From a virus: a DNA stretch of 64,000 nucleotides. The stretch lies in the IMG/VR virus record IMGVR_UViG_3300045988_107973. The stretch is one strand, 5' to 3'. How positions within the stretch are numbered: the stretch's first letter is position 1; every line of letters starts with the position of its first letter. Below, one piece after another: positions 1-9,237 of the stretch. A model generated the notes under the pieces. The model was not told the origin of the DNA. It ran no database searches and worked only from the letters and a program-made list of their open reading frames with translations. Both the position numbers and the translations under genes were made by a program.

Positions 1-8
1 GCAAAGTT

Positions 9-296
9 GTGAAGCAGATTGCCGAATGGATGGTCAAAGAAGGTACAAAAAATACTACAGAAGGCAATTGGATTTTTCATATTGACGAAATCACAAAAGA
101 ATTTAACGTAAGCAAAATGTTTGTTGCGGCCTATTGTGGAGAGATTTTTGATTCACTTTATGAACACGAATCGGTTGCTGACGTGGAATGTACTCTACAA
201 GAAGGCTCTGATTTTTATGTGAAAACTTTTGACGTTGATTTTTATACAAAATTTTGTCCCAATGTAGAGGATAAAGATTGGAGTGAGATTGTATGA
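9..296 (+). CDS. hypothetical protein; paralog of the 4120..4614 product
   Basis: ORF. By eye it shares motifs with the 4120..4614 product (IAxxMVxxGTKNT, VADVE, FDVxFYTxxCPN). Confidence 0.5.
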   Translation: MKQIAEWMVKEGTKNTTEGNWIFHIDEITKEFNVSKMFVAAYCGEIFDSLYEHESVADVECTLQEGSDFYVKTFDVDFYTKFCPNVEDKDWSEIV

Positions 297-478
297 CAAA
301 CATTGAAAAGAACATTGTTCTCGCAGCTCTTTCTTCTTATCGGCGTAAGCTTATGGATCAGAGCATTAGTTTTCTAAAAGCTGGCAATCACGAGGATGCA
401 AAGCAGTCAACGATGGAAGCGGCCAACGTGAATGCGCTGGTGATTAAGTTTACAAGAAAAAAGGAGTTTGCAATATGA
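293..478 (+). CDS. hypothetical small protein
   Basis: ORF with start/stop overlap to its neighbours, consistent with phage-type gene packing. Confidence 0.35.
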   Translation: MTNIEKNIVLAALSSYRRKLMDQSISFLKAGNHEDAKQSTMEAANVNALVIKFTRKKEFAI

Positions 479-795
479 ATAACGAAAATAAGATTGTTGT
501 GACTAGCTGGAATGGGAAGTCTTGGGAGATGACACCTGAACAGATTGAAGCAGCTTACCGTTATAAAGAGCGTCAGTATCGTATTGATGACGCTCTTTAT
601 CAGCTCGAACTTAATGCAGACTGGATTGAAGAAGAATATGGCTATTCATACAATGAAATTATCGATTTTTCGGAAGAGTTAGCTGAACGATTTCAGGATT
701 ATTTCGATTGCAATGAATCAGAAAATGACGCATGGATTGACCGTATCACAGAAATGTTTGACAGACTTGGAAGAAAGGAGAGCAACAATGACTAA
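475..795 (+). CDS. hypothetical acidic protein
   Basis: ORF preceded by AAGGAG, with ATGA overlap to the upstream gene. Confidence 0.4.
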   Translation: MNNENKIVVTSWNGKSWEMTPEQIEAAYRYKERQYRIDDALYQLELNADWIEEEYGYSYNEIIDFSEELAERFQDYFDCNESENDAWIDRITEMFDRLGRKESNND

Positions 796-1021
796 TCCCT
801 GCCGTTACTGTGTGGCACCGGAGCGTTATCCTGGTTGCCACGACCATTGCAAAAAGCTGAAAGCTCATCGTGAAAGTGACGAGTATAAGAAGCTGTGCGA
901 GTATAAGAATACATACTTAAAAAGCCCTCCAGAGAGTAGCGCAAAAATAGATAGAGTAATGCGTCGTTTTAAGCAAAAAGGATACCACTTGAATGGTTTC
1001 AAATCGGTAAGGAGTGTATAA
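788..1021 (+). CDS. hypothetical Cys/His-rich small protein
   Basis: ATG at 788 after GGAGAG. Product contains CRYC...CHDHC. Confidence 0.4.
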   Translation: MTNPCRYCVAPERYPGCHDHCKKLKAHRESDEYKKLCEYKNTYLKSPPESSAKIDRVMRRFKQKGYHLNGFKSVRSV

Positions 1022-1022
1022 A

Positions 1023-1253
1023 ATGTGGGATTTAATTGAAGATAGATACTCTGAAGAATATAAAATCGGAAGAGCAAAATTCAAGAACAAACAAACAGGT
1101 CATTACCTTACAATCATGTATGTAGTGTTTGATTTTTGTGTTTCTTTTTATTATCCAGAGTATTCTTTCTCTATCACTTTTGCTACCGCAAGAGATAAAG
1201 AAGAAATGAAAGAAATTATTATTTTAAGACGTTCTAAAACTTTTGAGGACTAA
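1023..1253 (+). CDS. MWDL-family small protein, copy 1 of 5 tandem paralogs
   Basis: ATG at 1023 after AAGGAGTG. N-terminus MWDLIEDRY matches the next four genes. Confidence 0.5.
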   Translation: MWDLIEDRYSEEYKIGRAKFKNKQTGHYLTIMYVVFDFCVSFYYPEYSFSITFATARDKEEMKEIIILRRSKTFED

Positions 1254-1255
1254 CT

Positions 1256-1492
1256 ATGTGGGATTTAATGGGTAACAATTATTCAGAAGTGTACGGTATT
1301 GGATATGCTTTACTGAATGGAATTTCAGCTGGGTTTTATGTAAGTGTCATGTACAAGAACCTTGGAAATGAAATTTACTTCTATTATCTTGATGATGCTC
1401 CTTACGGAGAACTCGATGATAATACCAAAAATAAAATTGAGGATATTATTTATGATGACCTTAGCAAGCGTCATATTTTTGGGGAGGACTGA
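1256..1492 (+). CDS. MWDL-family small protein, copy 2
   Basis: Begins MWDLMGNNY; GAGGA RBS; 2-nt spacing from the previous stop. Confidence 0.55.
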   Translation: MWDLMGNNYSEVYGIGYALLNGISAGFYVSVMYKNLGNEIYFYYLDDAPYGELDDNTKNKIEDIIYDDLSKRHIFGED

Positions 1493-1494
1493 TT

Positions 1495-1716
1495 ATGTGG
1501 GTTTTAATTGCAAACGAATATGCAGAAGATCACAAATTTGGCTGTGCAGAGTTTAGATATAAAGAAGATGATGGAAACTCGTATGGATATTCGGTTATGT
1601 ATCTTGTTATGGACTACTGCATTATGATTTATAAGCCGTATGAAATTGACGAAGATCATATGGATGAAATTCGAGACCTTCTTTTTGAAGATTTGAATAA
1701 GAATTACGGAGTTTAA
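1495..1716 (+). CDS. MWDL-family small protein, copy 3
   Basis: Begins MWVLIANEY; GGGGAGGA RBS. Confidence 0.55.
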   Translation: MWVLIANEYAEDHKFGCAEFRYKEDDGNSYGYSVMYLVMDYCIMIYKPYEIDEDHMDEIRDLLFEDLNKNYGV

Positions 1717-1719
1717 ATT

Positions 1720-1983
1720 ATGTGGGATTTAATTGAAAACAATTACCATAAAGAAGATGGTACTGGCCACGCTTTGATGTTCAACACGAATGATAAATAC
1801 TATTTCGATGTTATGTATGTGTGTAAGCGGTTGTACAATTCAATTCGTGTTTTTTATCATCTTAACGTTTCAGAAAATGAAAAAGAGGATATCGAGGAAG
1901 TGCTCGTGAAAGAACTAAGAAAAACTGGAGTTTTAAGGAGTGATGATTATGTGGGATCTGAGGGAAGTTCACGCTTGTTTTGA
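1720..1983 (+). CDS. MWDL-family small protein, copy 4
   Basis: Begins MWDLIENNY. Confidence 0.55.
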   Translation: MWDLIENNYHKEDGTGHALMFNTNDKYYFDVMYVCKRLYNSIRVFYHLNVSENEKEDIEEVLVKELRKTGVLRSDDYVGSEGSSRLF

Positions 1984-2197
1984 TGGTGATGGCTGGGTTT
2001 GGAATGAATCTTTCCATCACAAGAATGTGTTCGTAGGAGAGAATGAATATCCGAAAGAAATCTTTTGGCAGGAATGTCAGATGTTCTTCCTTCAGGATTA
2101 TTTGAGAAAGTGTGAGATTGTAGATGACGGCGATATTCTGGAACTTCAGCTGAAAAATTCCGGTGAACCAGTTCTCGCTATGATTATGGAAGAATAA
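1949..2197 (+). CDS. MWDL-family small protein, copy 5 (diverged)
   Basis: Begins MWDLREVH after AAGGAGTG. Overlaps copy 4 by about 35 nt. Confidence 0.45.
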   Translation: MWDLREVHACFDGDGWVWNESFHHKNVFVGENEYPKEIFWQECQMFFLQDYLRKCEIVDDGDILELQLKNSGEPVLAMIMEE

Positions 2198-2210
2198 AGG
2201 AGAATGAGTT

Positions 2211-2507
2211 ATGTTGCTTTTCAGTTGTGTTTTGGGCGACTGCGTAGTAATTGTTAAGGATGATAATGGCAACAATAGAGTTATTTTTGGCAGCGCCGAT
2301 TCAATGCTTTATGACTGGTGGCATGAATGCAATTATGTGGCAAGTAATGATTCTTTAATTATTTATGCAGCTTGTTTTGGAGTGGAAGTGAAATGCAAAA
2401 CATTCGGAGAGTATATGGAAATGATTGATAAGATTACATTCGGAGAGTATATGGAAATGATTGATAAGATTGCCGGAAGCTGTGATGGAATGGAAAGAGG
2501 AGAATGA
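2211..2507 (+). CDS. hypothetical protein containing a perfect 36-bp in-frame tandem duplication
   Basis: ORF. Product contains TFGEYMEMIDKI twice in tandem. Confidence 0.45.
   Translation: MLLFSCVLGDCVVIVKDDNGNNRVIFGSADSMLYDWWHECNYVASNDSLIIYAACFGVEVKCKTFGEYMEMIDKITFGEYMEMIDKIAGSCDGMERGE
2400..2471 (+). repeat. perfect 36-bp direct tandem repeat (2 copies) inside a CDS
   Basis: acattcggagagtatatggaaatgattgataagatt occurs twice back to back. Confidence 0.85.
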
Positions 2508-2510
2508 ATT

Positions 2511-2783
2511 ATGACTCGGTTTTATCTTAATGCAGGTGCTCTTGGCCGTTGGATGCACCAGAATAAAGCACAATACACTGGTGCTTATGTTGAGGGTGTT
2601 CTAATTGATAGTTTTGTCGTTGAAACAAAGCGTGGAGTCGCAGCTATCTATGAACACTGCCTGAATGAGTGGACAAGCAACTATTATGTTGAGTTTACCG
2701 ATTATAAGAATGGTTTTAAGAATGGCGAGGTCGATAAGATTTGGTCTGATTGGTACACATTTGAAGAAAAGGCAAGCGCATAA
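2511..2783 (+). CDS. hypothetical protein
   Basis: ORF with RBS GAGGAG and 4-nt spacing after the upstream stop. Confidence 0.4.
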   Translation: MTRFYLNAGALGRWMHQNKAQYTGAYVEGVLIDSFVVETKRGVAAIYEHCLNEWTSNYYVEFTDYKNGFKNGEVDKIWSDWYTFEEKASA

Positions 2784-2790
2784 GAGGTGA

Positions 2791-2985
2791 ATGAATATGA
2801 ATTTACTTACATTTCTTTCTTTGGTCACTGATGGCACAAGCGTAGCTCTTTGGGATGACTACAAGGAGCAAAAAATCAAAGATTATTGTAAACGTGACCA
2901 GATTTCAATTTCAGAAGCCAGTCGGTACGAAGTGTCGTTCTTTACGGCAGATTGCGAAGGTATGATTACAATTTTTGTGCATTAA
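2791..2985 (+). CDS. hypothetical small protein
   Basis: ORF preceded by AGAGGTG. Confidence 0.35.
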   Translation: MNMNLLTFLSLVTDGTSVALWDDYKEQKIKDYCKRDQISISEASRYEVSFFTADCEGMITIFVH

Positions 2986-3013
2986 AAGGATTGATAAAAG
3001 GGAGATTTTAAAT

Positions 3014-3214
3014 ATGGAAGAGGCAATGGAATATATTGAAGATAAATTTACATTAAGTAGTGGACTTTGTAGTCATATCATATCAGATATTTTATGTTTT
3101 TTGAAAAAATCTTCTGGTTCTCGAATGGATAAAATCACTCTCCTTAATAATTTACTTAATTCACTTGGTCTTACGATAGAAGAAGAGAAACAGATTATTG
3201 ATTGGCTCGTATAA
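3014..3214 (+). CDS. hypothetical small protein
   Basis: ATG at 3014 after AAAGGGAG. The longer ORF from 2975 would overlap the upstream gene. Confidence 0.35.
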   Translation: MEEAMEYIEDKFTLSSGLCSHIISDILCFLKKSSGSRMDKITLLNNLLNSLGLTIEEEKQIIDWLV

Positions 3215-3232
3215 TGTAAGGAGATTTTAGAT

Positions 3233-4099
3233 ATGGAAAACTTATATTGCTACGATAATGAAATCATAAAATGGACTTACGGCGATAACCTATATTGCTT
3301 ACATATTCAGCACGACGACGTTGCAGACAATAACCCTCGTTGGTGGGATGACCATGATTCCGTGATGGCTTGTTTCCATTCTCGTTATCGTCTTGGTGAT
3401 AAGATTGATGCGAGTACGGCAGAAGAGTTTTGGAACAATCTGGTTTATAAGTATTGTTCTGATGAAGAAATTCTGGATGCACTTTTTAATATGAAGCTGG
3501 AAGATACTTGTGTCGTTGTTGATGAAAATTATAGCGATGAAAAACGATATACCATCTGCGGTATTGGAACTCTTTTTGGTGAAAAGGTTTCTGAAGACCC
3601 GATGTATGTGGGATTGAAATATAACGAAATCATTACATACGTTACTGATGAGTTTTCTATTCGTGATTGTCAGATTCTTCTTGATAAGTATATTGCATGG
3701 CTTCCTCTTTGGCTTCATGACCATTCTGGCTTGTCTATGGATTGCGATACCCGGTTTAGAGGTTCATGGGATGATAGTAATATTGGTTGGATTGTGACAG
3801 CTGTTACGGATGGTTCGGATGATACCAAAAATGAAGCAGAACGAATTATGCGTAATGAGGTGAAGGAATACAGTGACTATCTTTCTGGTGAGAACTATGG
3901 CTATACGCTTTATCGAGAAGAACACGGAGAATGGAAGGAGATTGACAGAGCATTTGGATTTATCGGTTCTGACGTGTTTGAAAACGGTATCACGTACAGC
4001 GCAGGCTGTGGTCTTGAAAAGGCATTGAGGGAAGATCGATGCCGTATTGGTGATGTAGAGAAGGTCGTTACTGTTACTTATAATTTTGATAAATGTTGA
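3233..4099 (+). CDS. hypothetical protein (288 aa)
   Basis: Long ORF after AAGGAG. No recognisable motif. Confidence 0.5.
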   Translation: MENLYCYDNEIIKWTYGDNLYCLHIQHDDVADNNPRWWDDHDSVMACFHSRYRLGDKIDASTAEEFWNNLVYKYCSDEEILDALFNMKLEDTCVVVDENYSDEKRYTICGIGTLFGEKVSEDPMYVGLKYNEIITYVTDEFSIRDCQILLDKYIAWLPLWLHDHSGLSMDCDTRFRGSWDDSNIGWIVTAVTDGSDDTKNEAERIMRNEVKEYSDYLSGENYGYTLYREEHGEWKEIDRAFGFIGSDVFENGITYSAGCGLEKALREDRCRIGDVEKVVTVTYNFDKC

Positions 4100-4119
4100 A
4101 TTTTAGGAGGAAAATAAAG

Positions 4120-4614
4120 ATGGATGACAACATGATGGAACGTCAGATTGCTGATTATATGGTAGAGTATGGCACTAAGAATACAAATTATGGCACATGG
4201 GTGTTTGAGGTTGATGAACTGGCGAAAAAGTTCAATATTACAGAGAAATGGATTCAGGAACATGAAGACGGTATTATGTCTGAGCTGTATCTCAGAGAAG
4301 AAGTGGCTGACGTTGAACGTGAATTAAGCGGCAATGATATGACTATCACACTTTTTGATGTGAATTTCTACACCGACTATTGCCCTAACTATATTGAAGA
4401 CGAACAGGAAAAGGATGATGGCGTAAATCAATATTGGTTTGCTGAAACTCGTTGGTGTATCGATGATATTATCGGTATTGCAAAAGACAATGGAATTGAA
4501 ATGACTCCGCAGCAAGCAGAACAGTGGTGGAAAAAGAATGAAAATTGGTTCAGAAATGCTCTTGTTGAATATGGCAATGAAGTTCTTGCCAACGCGGATT
4601 TTAGTGAGGTGTAA
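4120..4614 (+). CDS. hypothetical protein; paralog of the 9..296 product
   Basis: ATG at 4120 after AGGAGG. N-terminal ~90 aa alignable to the 9..296 product. Confidence 0.55.
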   Translation: MDDNMMERQIADYMVEYGTKNTNYGTWVFEVDELAKKFNITEKWIQEHEDGIMSELYLREEVADVERELSGNDMTITLFDVNFYTDYCPNYIEDEQEKDDGVNQYWFAETRWCIDDIIGIAKDNGIEMTPQQAEQWWKKNENWFRNALVEYGNEVLANADFSEV

Positions 4615-4616
4615 AT

Positions 4617-4853
4617 ATGTGGTGTGTTATCGAATGCGGTTTCAAAGGTGAAATTTTTGAGCCTGAGTTTTTTCAAAACGAAAAAGAAGCTATGAAATAT
4701 ATCGTGGATGATTCGAAAAAATGCTATGCAATGTATTCTGACCTTCCTAATGTTCTGGCTTATCATGACAATGACGAACTCGAAGCACAGGTTTGGACGG
4801 ATGAATTTGGTTTTAGATGGAAAGCATTTGATATTTCTAATAAATTGATGTAA
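4617..4853 (+). CDS. hypothetical small protein
   Basis: ORF 2 nt after the upstream stop. Confidence 0.4.
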   Translation: MWCVIECGFKGEIFEPEFFQNEKEAMKYIVDDSKKCYAMYSDLPNVLAYHDNDELEAQVWTDEFGFRWKAFDISNKLM

Positions 4854-4868
4854 AAGGAGAGTTTTATT

Positions 4869-5054
4869 ATGAAATATGACACTCAATCGATGGCCGAGGT
4901 CCTTTGTAAAACAGCAGGCGTTGAATACAGCTCTGATTTGGAAAAATTGCTGTACCATTTATATGTTCAAGCACGAAATCCTTACAATGCAGATTTTCTG
5001 CGTACAGGTTTGGCTATCATTGTAAAAGTGTGTGAGGAGTTGGAAAAACGATAA
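4869..5054 (+). CDS. hypothetical small protein
   Basis: ORF preceded by AAGGAGAG. Confidence 0.35.
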   Translation: MKYDTQSMAEVLCKTAGVEYSSDLEKLLYHLYVQARNPYNADFLRTGLAIIVKVCEELEKR

Positions 5055-5248
5055 TGTATTACCACCTTGAATATTCTGTCAGGCACTTTATGTACGGCGA
5101 TACATATAGAGGACATGAAATATATCCAACAAAAGAACTGCGTGACGCAGAGCTTGACTGGATGAAAACGTGTTACAGCAGGCCGACAGAGCTTGTCTAT
5201 GCAACGTATGAAACCGAAACTCTTAGTGAAGATAAGATAATAATATAA
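5054..5248 (+). CDS. hypothetical small protein
   Basis: ORF with ATGA-type overlap. Confidence 0.35.
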   Translation: MYYHLEYSVRHFMYGDTYRGHEIYPTKELRDAELDWMKTCYSRPTELVYATYETETLSEDKIII

Positions 5249-5261
5249 AGGAGAAAGATAT

Positions 5262-5522
5262 ATGTGTAATGTTGGTGAACATGATTTCAAAGTCAAAATT
5301 CATAATGGTTGGTTGATTGCCACGGGGTCGGCAGACAAAGAATGCTATCCGGGTATGCTGATTTTTTACTCTAAAGACGGAAAGACATTTTCGTGGTACG
5401 ATTTAATTACGGTTATTGAGCAAGATGCAGTAAATGATAAGATTCAAACCGACCTGTATAAGAAAGGCTGCGAAGATTGTTGTCATGTTTTTGATTACGA
5501 AGATGGTGAATTGAGAGGGTGA
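5262..5522 (+). CDS. hypothetical small protein
   Basis: ORF preceded by AAGGAGAAAG. Confidence 0.4.
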   Translation: MCNVGEHDFKVKIHNGWLIATGSADKECYPGMLIFYSKDGKTFSWYDLITVIEQDAVNDKIQTDLYKKGCEDCCHVFDYEDGELRG

Positions 5523-5713
5523 GTGTTGTGATTGTTTCCAATGGTGGATGGGATAACTCGATGGACGAGATTAAGGAAGCACTTGATATACTTTCTTATT
5601 GGTTAAGAGAAGGTGCGACGGTTGGAATTTTTAATGAAGAAACCGATAAATTTGAGTTACTAAAACCTTTTGATTCAAAAAAGGCTTTTATTTTAGGGAG
5701 TGTGAGTTTATGA
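5519..5713 (+). CDS. hypothetical small protein
   Basis: ORF with non-ATG start and overlapping stop/start. Confidence 0.3.
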   Translation: MSVVIVSNGGWDNSMDEIKEALDILSYWLREGATVGIFNEETDKFELLKPFDSKKAFILGSVSL

Positions 5714-6027
5714 CGGCGCGTGAAATTGCAAGAGATTTTCTTTCTAAGATGAATCCTTCTGGATGGAATGGACGTGGATACAAACCAGATACATTTAATG
5801 ATAAAAATCAGATTAAATATCATGTAGATGGTCACCCTGAAATTGATGTGGATGTTTATTATGAATATGATGCTGGCGATAATAGCTGGTGGCATTTTTG
5901 TGATGCACGTGATAATGCTTCTGGCGATAAAATTTTTGGTGTGTGTAATCCTAATGTTTGGTCTATTGATGCGATTGAAGAATCTGTTCAATATTTATTT
6001 AGCAAAATGAATATTGAAATTAAATAG
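5710..6027 (+). CDS. hypothetical protein
   Basis: ORF preceded by GGGAGTG. Confidence 0.4.
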   Translation: MTAREIARDFLSKMNPSGWNGRGYKPDTFNDKNQIKYHVDGHPEIDVDVYYEYDAGDNSWWHFCDARDNASGDKIFGVCNPNVWSIDAIEESVQYLFSKMNIEIK

Positions 6028-6043
6028 AATCGAGGTTTTAGAT

Positions 6044-6301
6044 ATGAAAAGTTATTTATTTGATATGAATAATGTATTTTGTATTGCGACAGGAGCAAGC
6101 AAAAAGATTGTTGTTTTCGATGAAGATTTTACAAGCAAGAACGTAGTTCTTTATTATTTGTGTAAACGAATTGTTGACCTCGAAAATGCTGGTTATTTAG
6201 TTTGCGGGGTCACAGAATTAAATCCAGATGGTTCTCATCCGAAGGTTGCGTTTCGTAATACGAAAGAATATAAGAGAGCTAAAAAGGAGTATAAATTGTG
6301 A
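6044..6301 (+). CDS. hypothetical protein
   Basis: ATG at 6044 after GAGGTT. Confidence 0.4.
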   Translation: MKSYLFDMNNVFCIATGASKKIVVFDEDFTSKNVVLYYLCKRIVDLENAGYLVCGVTELNPDGSHPKVAFRNTKEYKRAKKEYKL

Positions 6302-6507
6302 TGAATGTCAATGAAATTCGTTACTTTGAACGCAAGATGACCGACAGTGCATTTGACGATGCGGTGAAATACGATCCAGCGATTGCGGTTCGTGCAAAGC
6401 GAGCATGGGTTATGAAGATGCAAGGGCTGATTTCGTTCCGGGAGTACATTTCTTGCTTGCAAGATATCACAGGCAATGCGCGACTGTTCTGGAAATACCA
6501 GTTTTGA
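6298..6507 (+). CDS. hypothetical small protein
   Basis: ORF preceded by AAAAGGAG; overlapping stop/start. Confidence 0.4.
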   Translation: MMNVNEIRYFERKMTDSAFDDAVKYDPAIAVRAKRAWVMKMQGLISFREYISCLQDITGNARLFWKYQF

Positions 6508-6536
6508 TAAAACAGTTCTTCTAAGGAGATAGTAAT

Positions 6537-6788
6537 ATGAATGAAAAGAGATTTGAAATTGACACGCCCATCGGAAAACTGGTTGCTGAAGCTGGTGGAG
6601 ATTATAAGGATTATCCAGGAATTTATATTTATCTTCAGAGAGAAGATGGCGTTCAAATTGATTTATCTTGTACGGAAATTGATAAAGAAACTGGCGAAGG
6701 CAGGGTCTTTATCTGGGGAAATACGTCTACGGATGAATACACTAGGATGATGCGCTGGACTAAAGAACAACTTATGATTAAAGAGTGA
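6537..6788 (+). CDS. hypothetical small protein
   Basis: ORF preceded by AAGGAG. Confidence 0.4.
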   Translation: MNEKRFEIDTPIGKLVAEAGGDYKDYPGIYIYLQREDGVQIDLSCTEIDKETGEGRVFIWGNTSTDEYTRMMRWTKEQLMIKE

Positions 6789-6807
6789 GCGGAGGGAGTA
6801 AAACAAA

Positions 6808-8109
6808 ATGACTACTAACAATTCTATGACTGTAATAACCTCTAAGCCATTCGGCGCACTGAATGTGGACGTGTACCAGAATGATAAACACCAGTATTAT
6901 ATGACCCGTGAACAGATTGGGCGAGCACTGGAATGTAAAGAACCTCGGAAGTACATTGCGAAGATTCATGAGCGTAATGCAGACCGTCTTGACCCGTTGA
7001 GCTCGGTCGTCAATTTGACGACTGAGGTCGGAAATTATACGCAAGAACGTCAAACATATATGTACAGTTTGCGTGGTGTTATGGAAATCTGTCGTTTGTC
7101 TCGTCAGCCGAAGGCGGATGCGTTTATGGATTTCTGCTGGGACATTATGGAATCTCTGATGCGTGGCGATTCCGTTCTGGCTACTCCTCAGATGGATGCT
7201 GCACTGAGTAAGGAGTTCATTGATGTAAGACTTCACGCTCTGTTTGATAGCATGAAGAACCTTCAGAGTGAACTTGATTCCACTCGCAAGGAGCTCGGTG
7301 ACCAGATTGAGGAAGCTCGTGCTACTAGCAACGAAGCACTGAATATAATCAGCAGCGTGTCTCAGTGTGTCCATCAGATTAAGGATAAGCAGATGGATAA
7401 TTCGATTCGTGCTAAGAGCTATACTCCTCGCAATGTGTTTCAGGATGAAATGAGTGACTGGCGTAAAGATTTGTATAGCAAGATTGGTGTGATTGCAAAT
7501 ACCAAAGGCTATACGAATAAGGAAACGCTTCACAAGATATATGAATATCTGAATCGTAATTATGGTTTCGTTTTGGAAGACGCTCGTGCGAAGTATGTTA
7601 AAAGAACGAATCGTAGTGGGAAAATCTCTACGATTGATATTATCGAAGAGGACTCCACTTGGAAATCCGTTATGGGTGCTGTTGTCGCAGATATGTACGC
7701 GGCATCTATTGAACGTCTGCATCAGAATCAGAATGAACTTCGTCTGACTCCAAAGGCTGTCGAAGCTGTTTCTGAAGTAAACGTGAGCGACGCTCCCGTG
7801 GTTGAGGTGGAAGCCAAGGAAGTTGTTAATGAGAAGCCTAAGAAGCAGAGTGAGACGGCAAAGATTCTTTTCCCAATTATGATGCCTCTGGCGGAAAACC
7901 TTGGTGATAGGCCGCAATACAAGCACACTTATACCCTAATCTATGAGTGTATTGGTTATAAGAAAATGAATAATTTGTTTATTGCTTACGAGAAGGCTCA
8001 TGGTAAAGCACCAAGTCCGAAAACAAAGGTGTTTATCGAAAACGAAAAGAATCTCGCACTGTTTAAAAAGGCTGTAAAGCAGCTGATGAAAGAACGGGAG
8101 AACAAGTAA
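6808..8109 (+). CDS. phage antirepressor-like protein (Bro-N/ORF6N-type N-terminal domain)
   Basis: N-terminal ~115 aa has the shape of Bro-N/ORF6N Ant domains (FGALNVDVY..MTREQIGRAL...YSLRGVMEICRLSRQPKADAFMDFCWDIM). RBS GGAGGGAG. The antisense 382-aa ORF is judged spurious. Confidence 0.5.
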   Translation: MTTNNSMTVITSKPFGALNVDVYQNDKHQYYMTREQIGRALECKEPRKYIAKIHERNADRLDPLSSVVNLTTEVGNYTQERQTYMYSLRGVMEICRLSRQPKADAFMDFCWDIMESLMRGDSVLATPQMDAALSKEFIDVRLHALFDSMKNLQSELDSTRKELGDQIEEARATSNEALNIISSVSQCVHQIKDKQMDNSIRAKSYTPRNVFQDEMSDWRKDLYSKIGVIANTKGYTNKETLHKIYEYLNRNYGFVLEDARAKYVKRTNRSGKISTIDIIEEDSTWKSVMGAVVADMYAASIERLHQNQNELRLTPKAVEAVSEVNVSDAPVVEVEAKEVVNEKPKKQSETAKILFPIMMPLAENLGDRPQYKHTYTLIYECIGYKKMNNLFIAYEKAHGKAPSPKTKVFIENEKNLALFKKAVKQLMKERENK

Positions 8110-8733
8110 ATGTACGTAATATCGAACGGTCATAATTATATTATGAAACGGAAAGGGGGTCGGATTTGTGCCACCTGTGATATTAACCTAGCATTACAGT
8201 TTGAATCTAAGGGTCTGGCGATTTGTGAAATCAACAAGCTTCCCGCCGGGTATAAGAATGGACACTATGTACCGAAATCAATGGATGAAATCGAAGCTGC
8301 AAATAAGAGTCCGAATATAACAAATCAGGTTGCAAAGCCGAATACATACGCATTTCATATGAAAGATTCTGAATGGCTGATAGAGTTGAAGAAAAATCTT
8401 GAGGTCACAGACAAAACCATGGCCAGCCTCGATGATTTATATGCCAAAGTCTACAGTGATTTAACTGCGGCTAGTGATGAGATTGCTGATATTGAACACG
8501 CAATTGAGTTCAAAACAGTGAACGCAGCGCAAGGTTATCAACTTATGGCGGAATTAAAGAAGGCTCGTCGTAAGAGGAGAGAAGCCAAGGATGCAAAGTT
8601 TCTAATTGAAATTGCGATGAGTCATCGAAACAACAATGATTGGGGTCATAGTCGGCTTGAGACTGCCATTGAGCAACTTGACACTCGTCAGTTTACTCCG
8701 AAAGTTCGCAACGATCTGTTTGAAAAGAATTGA
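8110..8733 (+). CDS. hypothetical protein
   Basis: ORF directly after the upstream stop. Confidence 0.4.
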   Translation: MYVISNGHNYIMKRKGGRICATCDINLALQFESKGLAICEINKLPAGYKNGHYVPKSMDEIEAANKSPNITNQVAKPNTYAFHMKDSEWLIELKKNLEVTDKTMASLDDLYAKVYSDLTAASDEIADIEHAIEFKTVNAAQGYQLMAELKKARRKRREAKDAKFLIEIAMSHRNNNDWGHSRLETAIEQLDTRQFTPKVRNDLFEKN

Positions 8734-8744
8734 GGTACATAAAA

Positions 8745-8999
8745 ATGACGATTCATATTTTACATGAATGTATTGATTCTAGCGATTTCTACGCGGAAGG
8801 TAATATTATTACCATTAACAAAGATAAAGAGAAGTTGTCTGAAAAGATGTTCTCGCTTTATAAGGATTGCCGGGACTCGGAAGGAAATAGTGTGAACCAG
8901 GACGAAACGTGGTGTGATTCATGTGAGGCGTCCGTTGTTAGTGGGAGCTCTGGAAATTACTATCGACATCATTGGAAAATTGACAAGTTTGAGGTGTGA
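8745..8999 (+). CDS. hypothetical small protein
   Basis: ATG at 8745 after TTGAGGT. Confidence 0.4.
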   Translation: MTIHILHECIDSSDFYAEGNIITINKDKEKLSEKMFSLYKDCRDSEGNSVNQDETWCDSCEASVVSGSSGNYYRHHWKIDKFEV

Positions 9000-9002
9000 A
9001 TT

Positions 9003-9227
9003 ATGATGGTATATGGAAACATAACGTGTAATCGCTGTGGCATTACATGGTATGGCCCTAAATGTGGAAAGCTCTATTGTGATAAATGTCGTAAGATAAT
9101 AAGAAATGAGGCATCCATTCGATGTAAGAACAAAAAGAAACATAAACCAACATTTGTTGAGATTGTAAGAATGGCAGATGCTGAAGGATTATCTTACGGT
9201 AAGTATTGTTTGAAGTATGGAGTTTGA
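9003..9227 (+). CDS. hypothetical zinc-ribbon protein
   Basis: Product contains CNRCG...CGKLYCDKC. Confidence 0.35.
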   Translation: MMVYGNITCNRCGITWYGPKCGKLYCDKCRKIIRNEASIRCKNKKKHKPTFVEIVRMADAEGLSYGKYCLKYGV

Positions 9228-9237
9228 GGTGAATGTG

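Noticed and set aside
6778-7926. 382-aa minus-strand ORF
   Set aside because: It is completely antisense to the 433-aa plus-strand gene, which has a recognisable Bro-N/ORF6N-like domain, an RBS and a position in the co-directional array. The minus ORF has no RBS or neighbours on its strand. Typical shadow ORF.
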